DNA of 64,000 nt from positions 84,641 through 148,640 of the forward strand of contig JAJYYV010000001.1 of NCBI GenBank assembly GCA_021800535.1, written 5' to 3'. Positions 10,826 through 20,526 of the stretch are shown here, piece after piece (within the stretch, counting starts at the first letter, position 1; each line of letters begins with the position of its first letter). The DNA is from a bacterium. Its GTDB lineage: Bacteria; Ratteibacteria; UBA8468; B48-G9; DTJG01. Position numbers and translations under genes: made by a program. The notes beneath the pieces are model-generated. The model saw only the letters and a list, made by a program, of their open reading frames with translations, was not told where the DNA came from and did not search any database.

Positions 10826-11638
10826 ATGTTTTCTATAAAAAAATTCAATCAGAATAAAATTTTTGATATAGTAATATTTATAATCCCGTGTATTTTTTTG
10901 ATATGTTTAATTTTATTTTTATCAGGAATTTTTTTCCAGACATCTTTTAGTATTTTTATAAAAGAAATTAAAAACATAAAACTGTGGAAGGCAATACTAT
11001 TAAGTTTTAAAATTTCTATTGTTGTTATACTGATTAATGTATTTATAGGAGTGCCTTTAAGTTATATCCTGTCCTTTAAAAAAAACAGGTTTTCTTTTTT
11101 ACTTGATGTGGTAAGTTCTTTACCCTTAACCTTATCCCCCCTTATTATTGGTTTTGCCGTTTTAATAACAGCAGGGCCATTAAATCCTATAGGAAAATTT
11201 TTCATAAACCATGGAATAAAATTTGTTTTTACTCCCCTGGGAATAATAGTTGTTCAGGTTATAATTTCTTTTCCATTTTTTGTAAACATTCTTAAAGAAT
11301 CTTTTGATTCTATAAATAGAAAAATGCTGAATTTAAGTAAAACACTTGGGGCATCATCCTTTGATATACTTTTTAAGATAATATTACCTGTTTCTTTCAA
11401 TGCTTTGCTGGCAGGTATATCAATGAGCTGGTCAAGGTCTATGGGAGAATTTGCCGCAACCCAGATGGTTTCTGGTGTAATACCAAACATTACAGAAACA
11501 GCACCAATATCAATTTTTATTAAAGCCTCTTATGGAAATTATCCTTATGCAATTGCAATTTCATCTATTTTAATTGTAGTATCTTTTATTTCCCTGGGGT
11601 TTTTTAAATTTTTTTCCTATAAATCCAAACAAAATTAA
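10826..11638 (+). CDS. modB: Molybdate/tungstate ABC transporter permease (ModB family)
   Basis: Six-TM permease with the EAA-type loop SKTLGASSFDILFKIILPV. Confidence 0.7.
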   Translation: MFSIKKFNQNKIFDIVIFIIPCIFLICLILFLSGIFFQTSFSIFIKEIKNIKLWKAILLSFKISIVVILINVFIGVPLSYILSFKKNRFSFLLDVVSSLPLTLSPLIIGFAVLITAGPLNPIGKFFINHGIKFVFTPLGIIVVQVIISFPFFVNILKESFDSINRKMLNLSKTLGASSFDILFKIILPVSFNALLAGISMSWSRSMGEFAATQMVSGVIPNITETAPISIFIKASYGNYPYAIAISSILIVVSFISLGFFKFFSYKSKQN

Positions 11639-11706
11639 ACTAATAATGATAAATGTAATTCATCCATATTCTTTGGGGTAATAAAAAAATATGTTAGAAT
11701 ATTTCT

Positions 11707-11874
11707 ATGAAAACCCGTGAAGATATTTTAAAAATTTTATCTATGGAAAAACCAGCATTGGAAAAGCAATTTAAATTGAAACAAATTGCACTTGTCATCT
11801 GCAAGGTAAAATTCACCCAGGGTTGCAAAGTAAAATCCACCCACTCCAAAGACATTTACAGGTGTTATTAAATG
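11707..11874 (+). pseudogene. Truncated minimal nucleotidyltransferase (MNT) remnant
   Basis: Translation MKTREDILKILSMEKPALEKQFKLKQIAL matches MNT N-termini and stops before the GS..D.D catalytic motif; the ORF runs into the direct repeats. Confidence 0.4.
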
Positions 11875-11900
11875 TAATTGCAAGGTAAAAATAGACCACC
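11800..11900. repeat. Three imperfect about 20-bp direct repeats: TGCAAGGTAAAATTCACCCA / TTGCAAAGTAAAATCCACCCA / TTGCAAGGTAAAAATAGACCACC
   Basis: Copies read directly at 11800-11819, 11823-11843 and 11878-11900; local GC is higher than the surroundings. Confidence 0.6.
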
Positions 11901-12005
11901 TGTAGAGGTTTACATAAGAAAAAAATGCACGCTATTGACAAGGATTTAATGTTCATATAACATAAACATAAAGTTTATAAATCGTAAACTTATTGTTTTT
12001 AAGGC

Positions 12006-12551
12006 ATGAATATGAAAAATATATTTTCAACTGAAGAAAGGATTAAAATCCTCAGGAGTATTGTTTTCAGAACAGGTCCCATAAGTGTTAATGCAACAGC
12101 TATTAATCTCAAACTAAGTAAAGGGCTTATCTCCATATATTTCAACATTCTTGTAAAAGAAGGTATACTGAAAAGAAGCAAAAACAAGTTTATAATGTTA
12201 GACTCTCCTTTAGTGAAAGGAATTAAGATCCTTCTGAACATAGAAAGTTTTCCTTCCAAGATATTCAGGAAATTTCCTTTTGTCGTTTCAGCAGGCTTGT
12301 ATGGCAGTTCTATCAAAGGGGAAAATATAGAGGATTCAGATACAGATATCTGGATAAAAGTTAAAGATGTAGAAGAAGGGAAATTAGCAAGTCTATCATC
12401 CCAATTAAACAAAAAAATCAAGCATGCAAAAATCCTATTCTTGACTGAGAAGAAAATAAAGGAATTACAAAAAGAAGATGAAATGTTTTATCATTCCCTG
12501 ACCTTTGGTTCTATAATCATATACGGAGAAAAAAATGGTATTCAAATATGA
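12006..12551 (+). CDS. wHTH-nucleotidyltransferase (Pol-beta superfamily MNT-like) protein
   Basis: N-terminal winged-helix-like segment; catalytic GLYGSSIKGENIEDSDTDIWI (GS..x..DxD). Confidence 0.6.
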   Translation: MNMKNIFSTEERIKILRSIVFRTGPISVNATAINLKLSKGLISIYFNILVKEGILKRSKNKFIMLDSPLVKGIKILLNIESFPSKIFRKFPFVVSAGLYGSSIKGENIEDSDTDIWIKVKDVEEGKLASLSSQLNKKIKHAKILFLTEKKIKELQKEDEMFYHSLTFGSIIIYGEKNGIQI

Positions 12552-12903
12552 AGACTGTATCAAAAAAGGCTTGCCGAGAAAAATTCTCAAGGACCTTAAT
12601 GACGCATTTGGTACAGACTTTACAGATGATGATAAAGTGTTTTTAAGCAGAGTTAAAGATAATCTATTGGGAAATAAAGATTTAGTTAATAGAATGGAAT
12701 CTAATTCTAAGGAAAATGTAAAAGCTATTTTTGATAAATATTTCAATCAGGAAATGACAAAACTTCTCAATAGCAATATGAAATTTTATAAAAGGTTGGT
12801 AGATAATGAAAAATTAAAAACTCGGCTTAAATCTGCATTATTTGATTTGTTATATCTTGAATTTAATAAAAAACTCATTAAACCCTTAATTTGGTGGGAA
12901 TAA
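12535..12903 (+). CDS. Hypothetical protein overlapping the NTase gene by 17 nt (possible cognate partner)
   Basis: 122 aa, helical, no His and no Rx4-6H motif, so not a canonical HEPN domain; translationally coupled to the NTase. Confidence 0.4.
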   Translation: MVFKYEDCIKKGLPRKILKDLNDAFGTDFTDDDKVFLSRVKDNLLGNKDLVNRMESNSKENVKAIFDKYFNQEMTKLLNSNMKFYKRLVDNEKLKTRLKSALFDLLYLEFNKKLIKPLIWWE

Positions 12904-12919
12904 TATTATCTAAGGAATT

Positions 12920-13915
12920 ATGAAAAAACAAGAATTTAAAAAAGGTGAAATAATTATTTACCAAAATCCACAAGGGTTTGAAATTCAAGTGAAACTTGAA
13001 CAAGATTCTGTATGGTTAAATTCTCATCTTATTGCTAAACTTTTTAATGTTAACAGACCTGCGATTGTTAAGCATATCAATAATATTTATAAAGCCGGGG
13101 AATTAGATAAAAAATTAACCTGTTCTGTTTTGGAACAGGTTGCTGCTGATGAAAAGATACGCAAAATGAATCTTTATAACCTGGATATGATTATTTCTGT
13201 TGGTTACCGTGTTAATTCCAAACAAGCCACTCAATTTCGCATTTGGGCAACCAAAATTTTAAAAGAACATTTAGTTAAAGGATACACTCTTAATGATAAA
13301 CGCCTTTTGCAATTCCAAATTCATCTTAAAGAACTACAAGAAGCAATTTCGTTTTTACAGGAAAAATCTAAATATAAATTGCTTGCAGGACAGGAGCAGG
13401 AAATTTTATACCTTCTTTCTAACTACTCAAAAACACTAACGCTTTTAGAACAATATGACAAGGAAAAATTATCCCTGATTAAAAAAACAAAAGGAAAATT
13501 TATCTTGAAATATGATGAAACAAAAAAAATTATTGATGAGATTAAAAAAGAATTAATTGCTAAAAAAGAAGCCAGTGAACTTTTTGGGCAGGAAAATAAC
13601 AATAAGTTTAAAGGGATATTAGGAAATATTTATCAAACTTTTGGCAATAAGGAACTATACTCATCACTTGAAGAAAAAGCAGCTCATCTTTTATATTTTG
13701 GAATTAAAGACCATCCCTTTGTGGATGGGAACAAACGAATCTCTTCTTTTTTATTTATCTATTTTTTAGATAGGAATAATTATCTGTATAAATATAGCGG
13801 AGAAAAGAAAATTAATGATAATGCTTTAACATCATTGGCACTTTTAATAGCCATAAGCAATCCTGATGAAAAAAATAAACTTATTAAAATTATTACTAAT
13901 TTGTTAATAACTTGA
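12920..13915 (+). CDS. RhuM-like N-terminal domain fused to a Fic/Doc domain
   Basis: N-terminus matches the RhuM family (YQNPQGFEIQV...NLDMIISVGYRVNSKQATQFRIWATKILKEHLVKGY); the C-terminal Fic motif is HPFVDGNKRISSF. Confidence 0.75.
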   Translation: MKKQEFKKGEIIIYQNPQGFEIQVKLEQDSVWLNSHLIAKLFNVNRPAIVKHINNIYKAGELDKKLTCSVLEQVAADEKIRKMNLYNLDMIISVGYRVNSKQATQFRIWATKILKEHLVKGYTLNDKRLLQFQIHLKELQEAISFLQEKSKYKLLAGQEQEILYLLSNYSKTLTLLEQYDKEKLSLIKKTKGKFILKYDETKKIIDEIKKELIAKKEASELFGQENNNKFKGILGNIYQTFGNKELYSSLEEKAAHLLYFGIKDHPFVDGNKRISSFLFIYFLDRNNYLYKYSGEKKINDNALTSLALLIAISNPDEKNKLIKIITNLLIT

Positions 13916-13930
13916 ATCTTTATTTTCAAA

Positions 13931-14683
13931 ATGTCCCTGACAATTCTTAAATGTAAAAATATCCATAAAAGTTTTTATAGCAGAAATATTGAAAAAAAGG
14001 TTCTGGATGGAGTTGATTTTGAAATAAACCAGGGAGAAATTTCTTCTATATTTGGTTATTCTGGCGCAGGCAAAACCACTCTTCTTTCTATTATCGCAGG
14101 TGTTATAAAACAGGATAAAGGAAATATTATTTTTCAGGGGGAAAATATAGATAACTTAGAACCATTTGAAAGACATATTTCGCTTGTAATGGATGAACCT
14201 TTATTATTCCCCAGAATGAATGTTGAAAAAAATATTGCTTTTGGAATGAAACTTTTAAGAAATAAATCAGAAAATACCTATCAAAATATTGAAAAACATA
14301 TCAAGGAACTCATGGAAATGCTTGATATAACCGGGATAGAAAAACGTATGCCAGATGAAATAAGTATGGGACAGGCTCAAAGGGTAAGTATAGCAAGAGC
14401 CCTTGCTATAAAGCCTAAAATTCTTTTAATGGATGAACCCTTTTCCAATCTTGATATTGTATCTAAAAACAGAATTAGAAATTTACTTAAAACAATTCAA
14501 CTAAAAATAAACATCACAATTCTTTTGGTAACACATGATATAGATGATATTATAAATCTTTCCGATACATTATTTATTCTTAAAAATGGTAAAATTTACC
14601 AACAGGGAAATCCTAAAAATATACTAAAGGATTTAAATATGGAACAGATAGATAAACTTTTAAAAGACCAGGATAAAGATTAA
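13931..14683 (+). CDS. ABC transporter ATP-binding protein, probably the ModC-type ATPase partner of modAB (no TOBE domain)
   Basis: Walker A GYSGAGKTT, signature SMGQAQRVSIARAL, Walker B LLMDEPFSNLD; position is downstream of modAB but separated from it by the island. Confidence 0.6.
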   Translation: MSLTILKCKNIHKSFYSRNIEKKVLDGVDFEINQGEISSIFGYSGAGKTTLLSIIAGVIKQDKGNIIFQGENIDNLEPFERHISLVMDEPLLFPRMNVEKNIAFGMKLLRNKSENTYQNIEKHIKELMEMLDITGIEKRMPDEISMGQAQRVSIARALAIKPKILLMDEPFSNLDIVSKNRIRNLLKTIQLKINITILLVTHDIDDIINLSDTLFILKNGKIYQQGNPKNILKDLNMEQIDKLLKDQDKD

Positions 14684-14688
14684 AGATA

Positions 14689-16068
14689 ATGAAAACCAAT
14701 AAATCTGATATAGAAAAAACAATTCTTGAACAAATAAAACAATTTGGTGAAAAAAAGGGTATAGTACCATATCTTGTTGGTGGCTATATAAGAGATAAAT
14801 ATTTAAGAAGAAAAACCCACGATATTGATATAGTTTTTCAATACAATGCCCTTGACTTTGCTAAAGATTTTTCAAAAGAATTTCATTATCCTATTCCTGT
14901 CTTTTATGGCAGATTTGGAACAGCCATGATTCAGATTAATAAAATCAAGATTGAATTTGCCACAGCCAGAAAAGAAAGTTATTCTTCTTCTTCAAGGAAG
15001 CCGGATGTCATACCAGCAGATATATACCAGGACCTTTTAAGACGGGATTTTACAATAAATTCTATTGCACAAAATCTTCTTACCGGAGAAATTTTAGACC
15101 CGTTTGAAGGTAAAAAAGACATAAAAAACAAAATAATAAAAACCCCTATAGACCCTGATAAAACATTTTATGATGACCCTCTAAGAATTTTAAGGGGAAT
15201 AAGGTTTGCCACACTTTTCAGATTTCAAATAGATGAAAAAACAAAACAATATATGGCTAAAAACGGAGAAAGATTATCCATAGTAAGTATGGAAAGAATA
15301 GCAGAAGAAATAATGAAAATACTATCTGCACAAACCCCAAGTATTGGTTTTTATCTCCTTGATGAAATAGATATTCTTAAACTTTTGCTACCTGAAATAG
15401 CAAATCTTAAGGAAAAAAGAACAGAACATCCCTGTAAAGAACTTTTTCCACATACCCTTCAAACACTTGATAATATTTCCAAGAGGACAAAAAATGTTTA
15501 TCTGCGGCTTTCTGCGCTTTTACATGATATAGGCAAACCAAAAACATTAAGAATAGAAAATGGCAAAGTGTCTTTTCACAGGCATGAGTTCTTAGGGGAA
15601 AAAATGTCATATAAGGTGTGTGAAAGGCTTAAAATTTCTTTTGAGAATGCTAAAATGATTGCGCTTTTAATAAGGTATCATTTAAGGCCGCATCTTCTGG
15701 CAAAGGAAAATCCTTCAGATAATGCCTTAATTAGATTTGCAAAAGAGATTGGAAACAATCTAAAAGGCCTTTTTACTCTTGCCAAAAGTGATATTACAAG
15801 CAAGAATGAAAAAAAAGTAAAACACGCCATAGAAAGATTAGATAAACTTTATGAAAGAATTAAAATTTTAAAAAATAAAATGAGACTGGCAAAGTTTAAA
15901 TTAGCTATTGATGGTTTTACAATTATGAAAATTTTAAATATCCCTTCAGGGAAAAAAGTGGGAGAAATAAAAAATATTCTTGAAGAAATGGTTCTTGATG
16001 GTAAAATACCAAATAGAAAAAAATTCCTTTTAGATTATCTTAAAACAATGGATAAAAATGGAATATAA
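14689..16068 (+). CDS. cca: CCA-adding enzyme / poly(A) polymerase-family tRNA nucleotidyltransferase with an HD domain
   Basis: LVGGYIRDKYLRRKTHDIDIVF head domain; HDIGKP HD motif. Confidence 0.8.
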   Translation: MKTNKSDIEKTILEQIKQFGEKKGIVPYLVGGYIRDKYLRRKTHDIDIVFQYNALDFAKDFSKEFHYPIPVFYGRFGTAMIQINKIKIEFATARKESYSSSSRKPDVIPADIYQDLLRRDFTINSIAQNLLTGEILDPFEGKKDIKNKIIKTPIDPDKTFYDDPLRILRGIRFATLFRFQIDEKTKQYMAKNGERLSIVSMERIAEEIMKILSAQTPSIGFYLLDEIDILKLLLPEIANLKEKRTEHPCKELFPHTLQTLDNISKRTKNVYLRLSALLHDIGKPKTLRIENGKVSFHRHEFLGEKMSYKVCERLKISFENAKMIALLIRYHLRPHLLAKENPSDNALIRFAKEIGNNLKGLFTLAKSDITSKNEKKVKHAIERLDKLYERIKILKNKMRLAKFKLAIDGFTIMKILNIPSGKKVGEIKNILEEMVLDGKIPNRKKFLLDYLKTMDKNGI

Positions 16069-16690
16069 AACTGTAATAGCAGGACCTTTTGAAGTAAACA
16101 CTTATATTGTCTGGGATGATAAAAGCCAGGACAAAAAAGGATTTATTATTGACCCGGCAGGAGAAAAAATTCTCATTGAACAGGTAATCAAAGAAAACAA
16201 TATTAAACCCCAGTTTATTCTAAATACCCACTGTCATATAGACCATGTAGCTTTGGATAATTATTTTAAAGACAAATTGCATATCCATTTGTATGCTCAT
16301 AAAGAAGAAAATCTTCTTCTGAAGAATTTAAAAACCCAGGGAGCGTATCTTGGCATAGATTTTAGCGAACAAATTATTATAGATAGATATCTTAAAGAAA
16401 ATGAGATTATTAAGGTTGGCAGTATAAACATTAAGGCTATTTTTACCCCTGGACATTCGCCGGGCAGTATGTCATTTTTGGTTGACAGCACATATCTGTT
16501 TTCAGGTGACACTATTTTTAAGGAATCCATAGGCAGAACGGATTTATTAGGTGGAGATTCAAAAAAAATAATAGACTCTATAAAAAACAAAATTTTTTTA
16601 TTGGATGAAAATATAATTATTCTGCCAGGACATGGGGAAAAATCCACAATAGGGTATGAAAAAACAAACAATTTCTATGTGGCCGCCTAA
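16058..16690 (+). CDS. MBL-fold metallo-hydrolase
   Basis: NTHCHIDHV (HxHxDH); 210 aa. Confidence 0.8.
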   Translation: MEYKTVIAGPFEVNTYIVWDDKSQDKKGFIIDPAGEKILIEQVIKENNIKPQFILNTHCHIDHVALDNYFKDKLHIHLYAHKEENLLLKNLKTQGAYLGIDFSEQIIIDRYLKENEIIKVGSINIKAIFTPGHSPGSMSFLVDSTYLFSGDTIFKESIGRTDLLGGDSKKIIDSIKNKIFLLDENIIILPGHGEKSTIGYEKTNNFYVAA

Positions 16691-17676
16691 GCCTTTCCAA
16701 TTAACAAAAGTTTGTCCCCTTTTTCCAGAATAAAACTTTCACCATCAGGGTTTATTATTGTCTTATCATTTCTCTTTACTCCAACAATTATCTCATCTGC
16801 TGTTTGTTTTAAAAATGATAAACTTTCATAGAATTTTTTCCCCACTAAATTATCAGATACATCTTTTTCTATCAAGCCACTTTTAGAATCTTCCTCCATC
16901 AATTGGGTAAAGAAGTTAGCCACACCTTTTATTTTAATGGATTTTACAAGAAGATTCTTGGAAAAATTTCCCATAGTAAATACTTCATTTATTCCTGTTT
17001 CTTTTAATGCCCTGGAGGCTTCTTTTTTATGCACATAGGCAATAATATATAAATCCCTGTCAAGGGTTCTTGTGGCAATCGCAGACATTAATGTTTTTGA
17101 ATCGTCATTATCTGATATAATACATAGGCTTGCCTGTTGAATTTTTGTTTTTAAGATATCCTTGTCATCAACAATATTTCCTTTTATAAAGATAAAGTTT
17201 TTTTCTTCTGAGGGGGTTTTTTCCAGAGGAGCCAATAAAATAACATTGTGGCCTTCTTTTAAAATATTATCCAGAGAAGCATTAATAATATCACTGTATC
17301 CCAATATTACAATATGTCCTTTTATAAAATAGTTTTCCATGGTTCCCAAAAGCCTTTTTATTTTAACATCAAAAATTATAGAAGAAAAGGTGACAAGAAA
17401 AATACTTAATATGCCAATTCCAAAAAACATTAAGAGTATAGCAATAACTCTACCTATGGTATTATGTGGAACCACATCTCCATATCCAACAGTGGAAGCA
17501 GTTGTAACAGCCCAGTAAAAAGCTTTAAAGAAAGATATTTTCTCATAATGGCTGAAAAGAAAAGCAAAAATTAGAAGTATTGCTACCAACACATAAAAAA
17601 TTCTCATTATGTCTGATTTATGACCGGATGTTAATATATTAAATCTTCTGAACAAACTTAAAAAAACATTTAGCAT
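16687..17676 (-). CDS. Two-TM potassium channel with a C-terminal RCK/TrkA-N domain (MthK-like)
   Basis: Selectivity filter TVGYGDV; Rossmann-like HIVILGYSDI. Confidence 0.8.
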   Translation of the reverse strand: MLNVFLSLFRRFNILTSGHKSDIMRIFYVLVAILLIFAFLFSHYEKISFFKAFYWAVTTASTVGYGDVVPHNTIGRVIAILLMFFGIGILSIFLVTFSSIIFDVKIKRLLGTMENYFIKGHIVILGYSDIINASLDNILKEGHNVILLAPLEKTPSEEKNFIFIKGNIVDDKDILKTKIQQASLCIISDNDDSKTLMSAIATRTLDRDLYIIAYVHKKEASRALKETGINEVFTMGNFSKNLLVKSIKIKGVANFFTQLMEEDSKSGLIEKDVSDNLVGKKFYESLSFLKQTADEIIVGVKRNDKTIINPDGESFILEKGDKLLLIGKA

Positions 17677-17682
17677 ATTTTT

Positions 17683-18261
17683 TTATCTGCTGTTTCCAAT
17701 TATTAAATCCAGGGCTTCTGTCCTGGTTCTTATATCTCTGAGGAATATTCCTCTCATGGCAGAAGTTGTTACCTTTGCCCCTGGTTTTTTAACTCCCCTC
17801 ATTACCATACACATATGTTCAGCCTCAATGACAACCATTGCCCCCTGAGGCTGGAGAATCTTCATAATTGTGTCTACAATCTGACTTGTAAGTCTTTCCT
17901 GAACCTGAAGTCTTTTGGCATAAGCATCAACAAGTCTTGCTAATTTACTTATACCGACAACACGACCTCCATCAGGAAGATATGCAATATGGGCTTTTCC
18001 ATAAAAAGGAAGAAGATGATGTTCACACATGGAATATAATGGAATATTACTAAGAAGTACCAGTTCATTATAGTTCTCCTGAAAAACCTTTCCTAAAATT
18101 TCTTCAGGATTTGATTTAAACCCTGATAATATTTCCTCATACATTCTTGCCACTCTCTCAGGAGTATCCTTAAGCCCTTTTCTGTTTAAATCCTCGCCAA
18201 GCGCTTCTATAATCATTTTTACTGCATCTTCAATTTTATTGGAATCAAACTTTTGGTTCAT
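17683..18261 (-). CDS. folE: GTP cyclohydrolase I
   Basis: CEHHLLPF active-site motif; 192 aa. Confidence 0.9.
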   Translation of the reverse strand: MNQKFDSNKIEDAVKMIIEALGEDLNRKGLKDTPERVARMYEEILSGFKSNPEEILGKVFQENYNELVLLSNIPLYSMCEHHLLPFYGKAHIAYLPDGGRVVGISKLARLVDAYAKRLQVQERLTSQIVDTIMKILQPQGAMVVIEAEHMCMVMRGVKKPGAKVTTSAMRGIFLRDIRTRTEALDLIIGNSR

Positions 18262-20065
18262 TTTTTTCTCCTAAAATTTCATCAATCTCATCAGAATTTA
18301 AAGTCTCTTTTTCAAGAAGAGTTTTAGCTAAAAGGTCTAATTTATCTCTTTTTTTTGTAAGGATTTCTGTCGCTCTTTTTTCTGCATCTTCTAAAATTCT
18401 TTTAATCTCACTTTCTATTTCTCTATTTGTTTCTTCACTAAGATTTCTTGATTGAACAAGATCTCTACCCAAAAATACTGCTTCATTTTCATGAAATGTC
18501 ACTGGCCCTAATTTTTCACTCATACCCCATTCACAGACCATTTTTTTTGCTAATTCTGTTGCAACTCTTAAATCATTTTCACTTCCTGTAAACATTTTCC
18601 CAAAAACAAGTTTTTCTGTTACTCTTCCAGCAAGTAAACCTGTAATTGTATTTTTATAATAGGTATCACTTTCAATAAATTTATCTTTTTCCGGCAAAAC
18701 ATGTGTTACTCCCAATGCCCTTCCTCTTGGAATAATAGTCACCTTATGGACTAAATTTGCATCCGGCAAAGATTTTTGAACTATTGTATGACCGGATTCA
18801 TGATAGGCAATAATTTGTTTTTCTTCAGGGCTTATTACAAGGCTTCTTCTTTCAGAGCCCATTAAAACCTTATCCTTGGCAAATTCAAAGGCTGACATAT
18901 CAATTATGGTCTTATTCCTCCTTGCCGCTATAAGTGCTGCCTCATTAACAATATTTGCTATATCGGCTCCTGATAATCCAGGCGTCCCTCTGGCAAGAAT
19001 ATTTAAATTTACATCATCTGCTAATGGTTTGTTTTTAGTATGGACCTTGAATATTGCCTCTCTTTCATTTAAGTCCGGCAGATGAACAACAATTGTCCTG
19101 TCAAATCTTCCTGGTCTTGTAAGAGCCGGGTCTAAAACATCTGCCCTGTTTGTTGCCGCCATTACAATAACATCTGTTCCTGTCTGAAAGCCATCCATTT
19201 CTACAAGCATCTGATTTAATGTTTGTTCTCTTTCATCATGTCCACCGCCTAAACCAGCAAATCTTTGTCTTCCAACTGCATCAATTTCATCAATAAACAC
19301 AATACTTGGAGCTATTCTTTTGGCTTGTCTGAAAAGGTCACGAACCCTTGATGCCCCAACACCTACAAACATCTCAACAAAATCAGAACCACTCATGCCA
19401 AGAAAAGGAACACCTGCCTCTCCAGATACTGCTTTTGCCAAAAGTGTTTTTCCTGTCCCTGGAGGGCCTATCAAAAGTACACCTTTGGGTATTTTACCAC
19501 CAAGCTTTTGAAATTTCTGGGGGTCTTTTAAAAAATCTATAATCTCCTTCATCTCTTCTTTGGCTTCCTGACTGCCAGCAACATCAGCAAATGTTATCTT
19601 TATTTTCTGGTCAGGAACAACCGGCTTGCTTCTGCCAAATGAAAAAATTCTGTTGCTTTCAGAACTTGCCTGCCTGCTGATAAAATAAAAAAATATAATG
19701 AAAAAAATCACAATGGGAACAACACTAATAAGCAAATTTGACCAGACACTTGAAGAAGGTTCCACCTTAAAAGCCACATTTTTATCCTGTAATAGTTTAT
19801 ACAGAGAAGGGGCTTTGCCGGAATATGTCTGAAATTTCACCCCATTTTTTAAGGTCCCGGAAACATAACCCCCTTTTAACAAAAGCGTCCCTTTGATATT
19901 ATCTTTTTTTACCTGATTAACGAAATCACTATAGCCAATAGTCTTTTGCTGCCCATTAAGGACAGAACTTCCTTTTAACAACATAAACAATGCAATTCCC
20001 ACCAAAATCCATAAAAAGATTCCCTTTATTAAATTGTTCTTTGGTACTTCTGGTTTTCTATCCAT
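18245..20065 (-). CDS. ftsH: ATP-dependent zinc metalloprotease FtsH
   Basis: AAA Walker A GPPGTGKT; HESGH zinc site; N-terminal TM segments. Confidence 0.95.
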   Translation of the reverse strand: MDRKPEVPKNNLIKGIFLWILVGIALFMLLKGSSVLNGQQKTIGYSDFVNQVKKDNIKGTLLLKGGYVSGTLKNGVKFQTYSGKAPSLYKLLQDKNVAFKVEPSSSVWSNLLISVVPIVIFFIIFFYFISRQASSESNRIFSFGRSKPVVPDQKIKITFADVAGSQEAKEEMKEIIDFLKDPQKFQKLGGKIPKGVLLIGPPGTGKTLLAKAVSGEAGVPFLGMSGSDFVEMFVGVGASRVRDLFRQAKRIAPSIVFIDEIDAVGRQRFAGLGGGHDEREQTLNQMLVEMDGFQTGTDVIVMAATNRADVLDPALTRPGRFDRTIVVHLPDLNEREAIFKVHTKNKPLADDVNLNILARGTPGLSGADIANIVNEAALIAARRNKTIIDMSAFEFAKDKVLMGSERRSLVISPEEKQIIAYHESGHTIVQKSLPDANLVHKVTIIPRGRALGVTHVLPEKDKFIESDTYYKNTITGLLAGRVTEKLVFGKMFTGSENDLRVATELAKKMVCEWGMSEKLGPVTFHENEAVFLGRDLVQSRNLSEETNREIESEIKRILEDAEKRATEILTKKRDKLDLLAKTLLEKETLNSDEIDEILGEKNEPKV

Positions 20066-20124
20066 ATTTTATACCTCAATTATTTTGTAGAATAAAACTT
20101 TTTAGAATTTCAGTCAAAAAATTC

Positions 20125-20526
20125 TTAAAGTTTATCTATTTTTTTTAATATATCCTTTTCTAATTGATATACCTGAAATCTAAATTCCACCCAGATATTT
20201 ATACTATCAGGCTTTATTATTTTACTATATTCTTCTATTACCCTTAAACCTTCCTGAATTCTTCCAAAATTCTGTTTTATGAGATGCAGAATATTTTTGG
20301 TTTCATGGGTTTTTATATCTTTTCCAATATCTTTTTCAGGTTCTCTCCATAAAGGTAAATCATTGCCAAAATTTTCTATAATTTTTTCTGTAAATTTATG
20401 TCTTATTGTTTTTAATCTTTCTGTTAGTTCTTTTTCATCATAATAAAATCTTAAACCATCTTCTATCACCCTAAATCCTTCTTTTATTCTATTAAAATTT
20501 GCATCAATTATCCTTAAGATTTTCAT
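20125..20526 (-). CDS. Hypothetical protein with an internal tandem duplication
   Basis: NFNRIKEGFRVIEDGLRFY and NFGRIQEGLRVIEEYSKII are two repeat units; co-oriented with heptose genes. Confidence 0.4.
   Translation of the reverse strand: MKILRIIDANFNRIKEGFRVIEDGLRFYYDEKELTERLKTIRHKFTEKIIENFGNDLPLWREPEKDIGKDIKTHETKNILHLIKQNFGRIQEGLRVIEEYSKIIKPDSINIWVEFRFQVYQLEKDILKKIDKL

Noticed and set aside
11800-11900. Possible mini-CRISPR array
   Set aside because: There are only three imperfect repeats with unequal spacing (3 and 34 nt), no cas genes in the window, and the repeats are not palindromic.
12006-12421. Minus-strand 140 aa ORF 11999..12421 overlapping the NTase gene
   Set aside because: It is the antisense shadow of the motif-supported plus-strand nucleotidyltransferase.
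12535-12903. HEPN toxin partner of the nucleotidyltransferase
   Set aside because: The 122 aa protein contains no histidine, so it lacks the Rx4-6H HEPN motif. It is kept as a hypothetical overlapping partner only.
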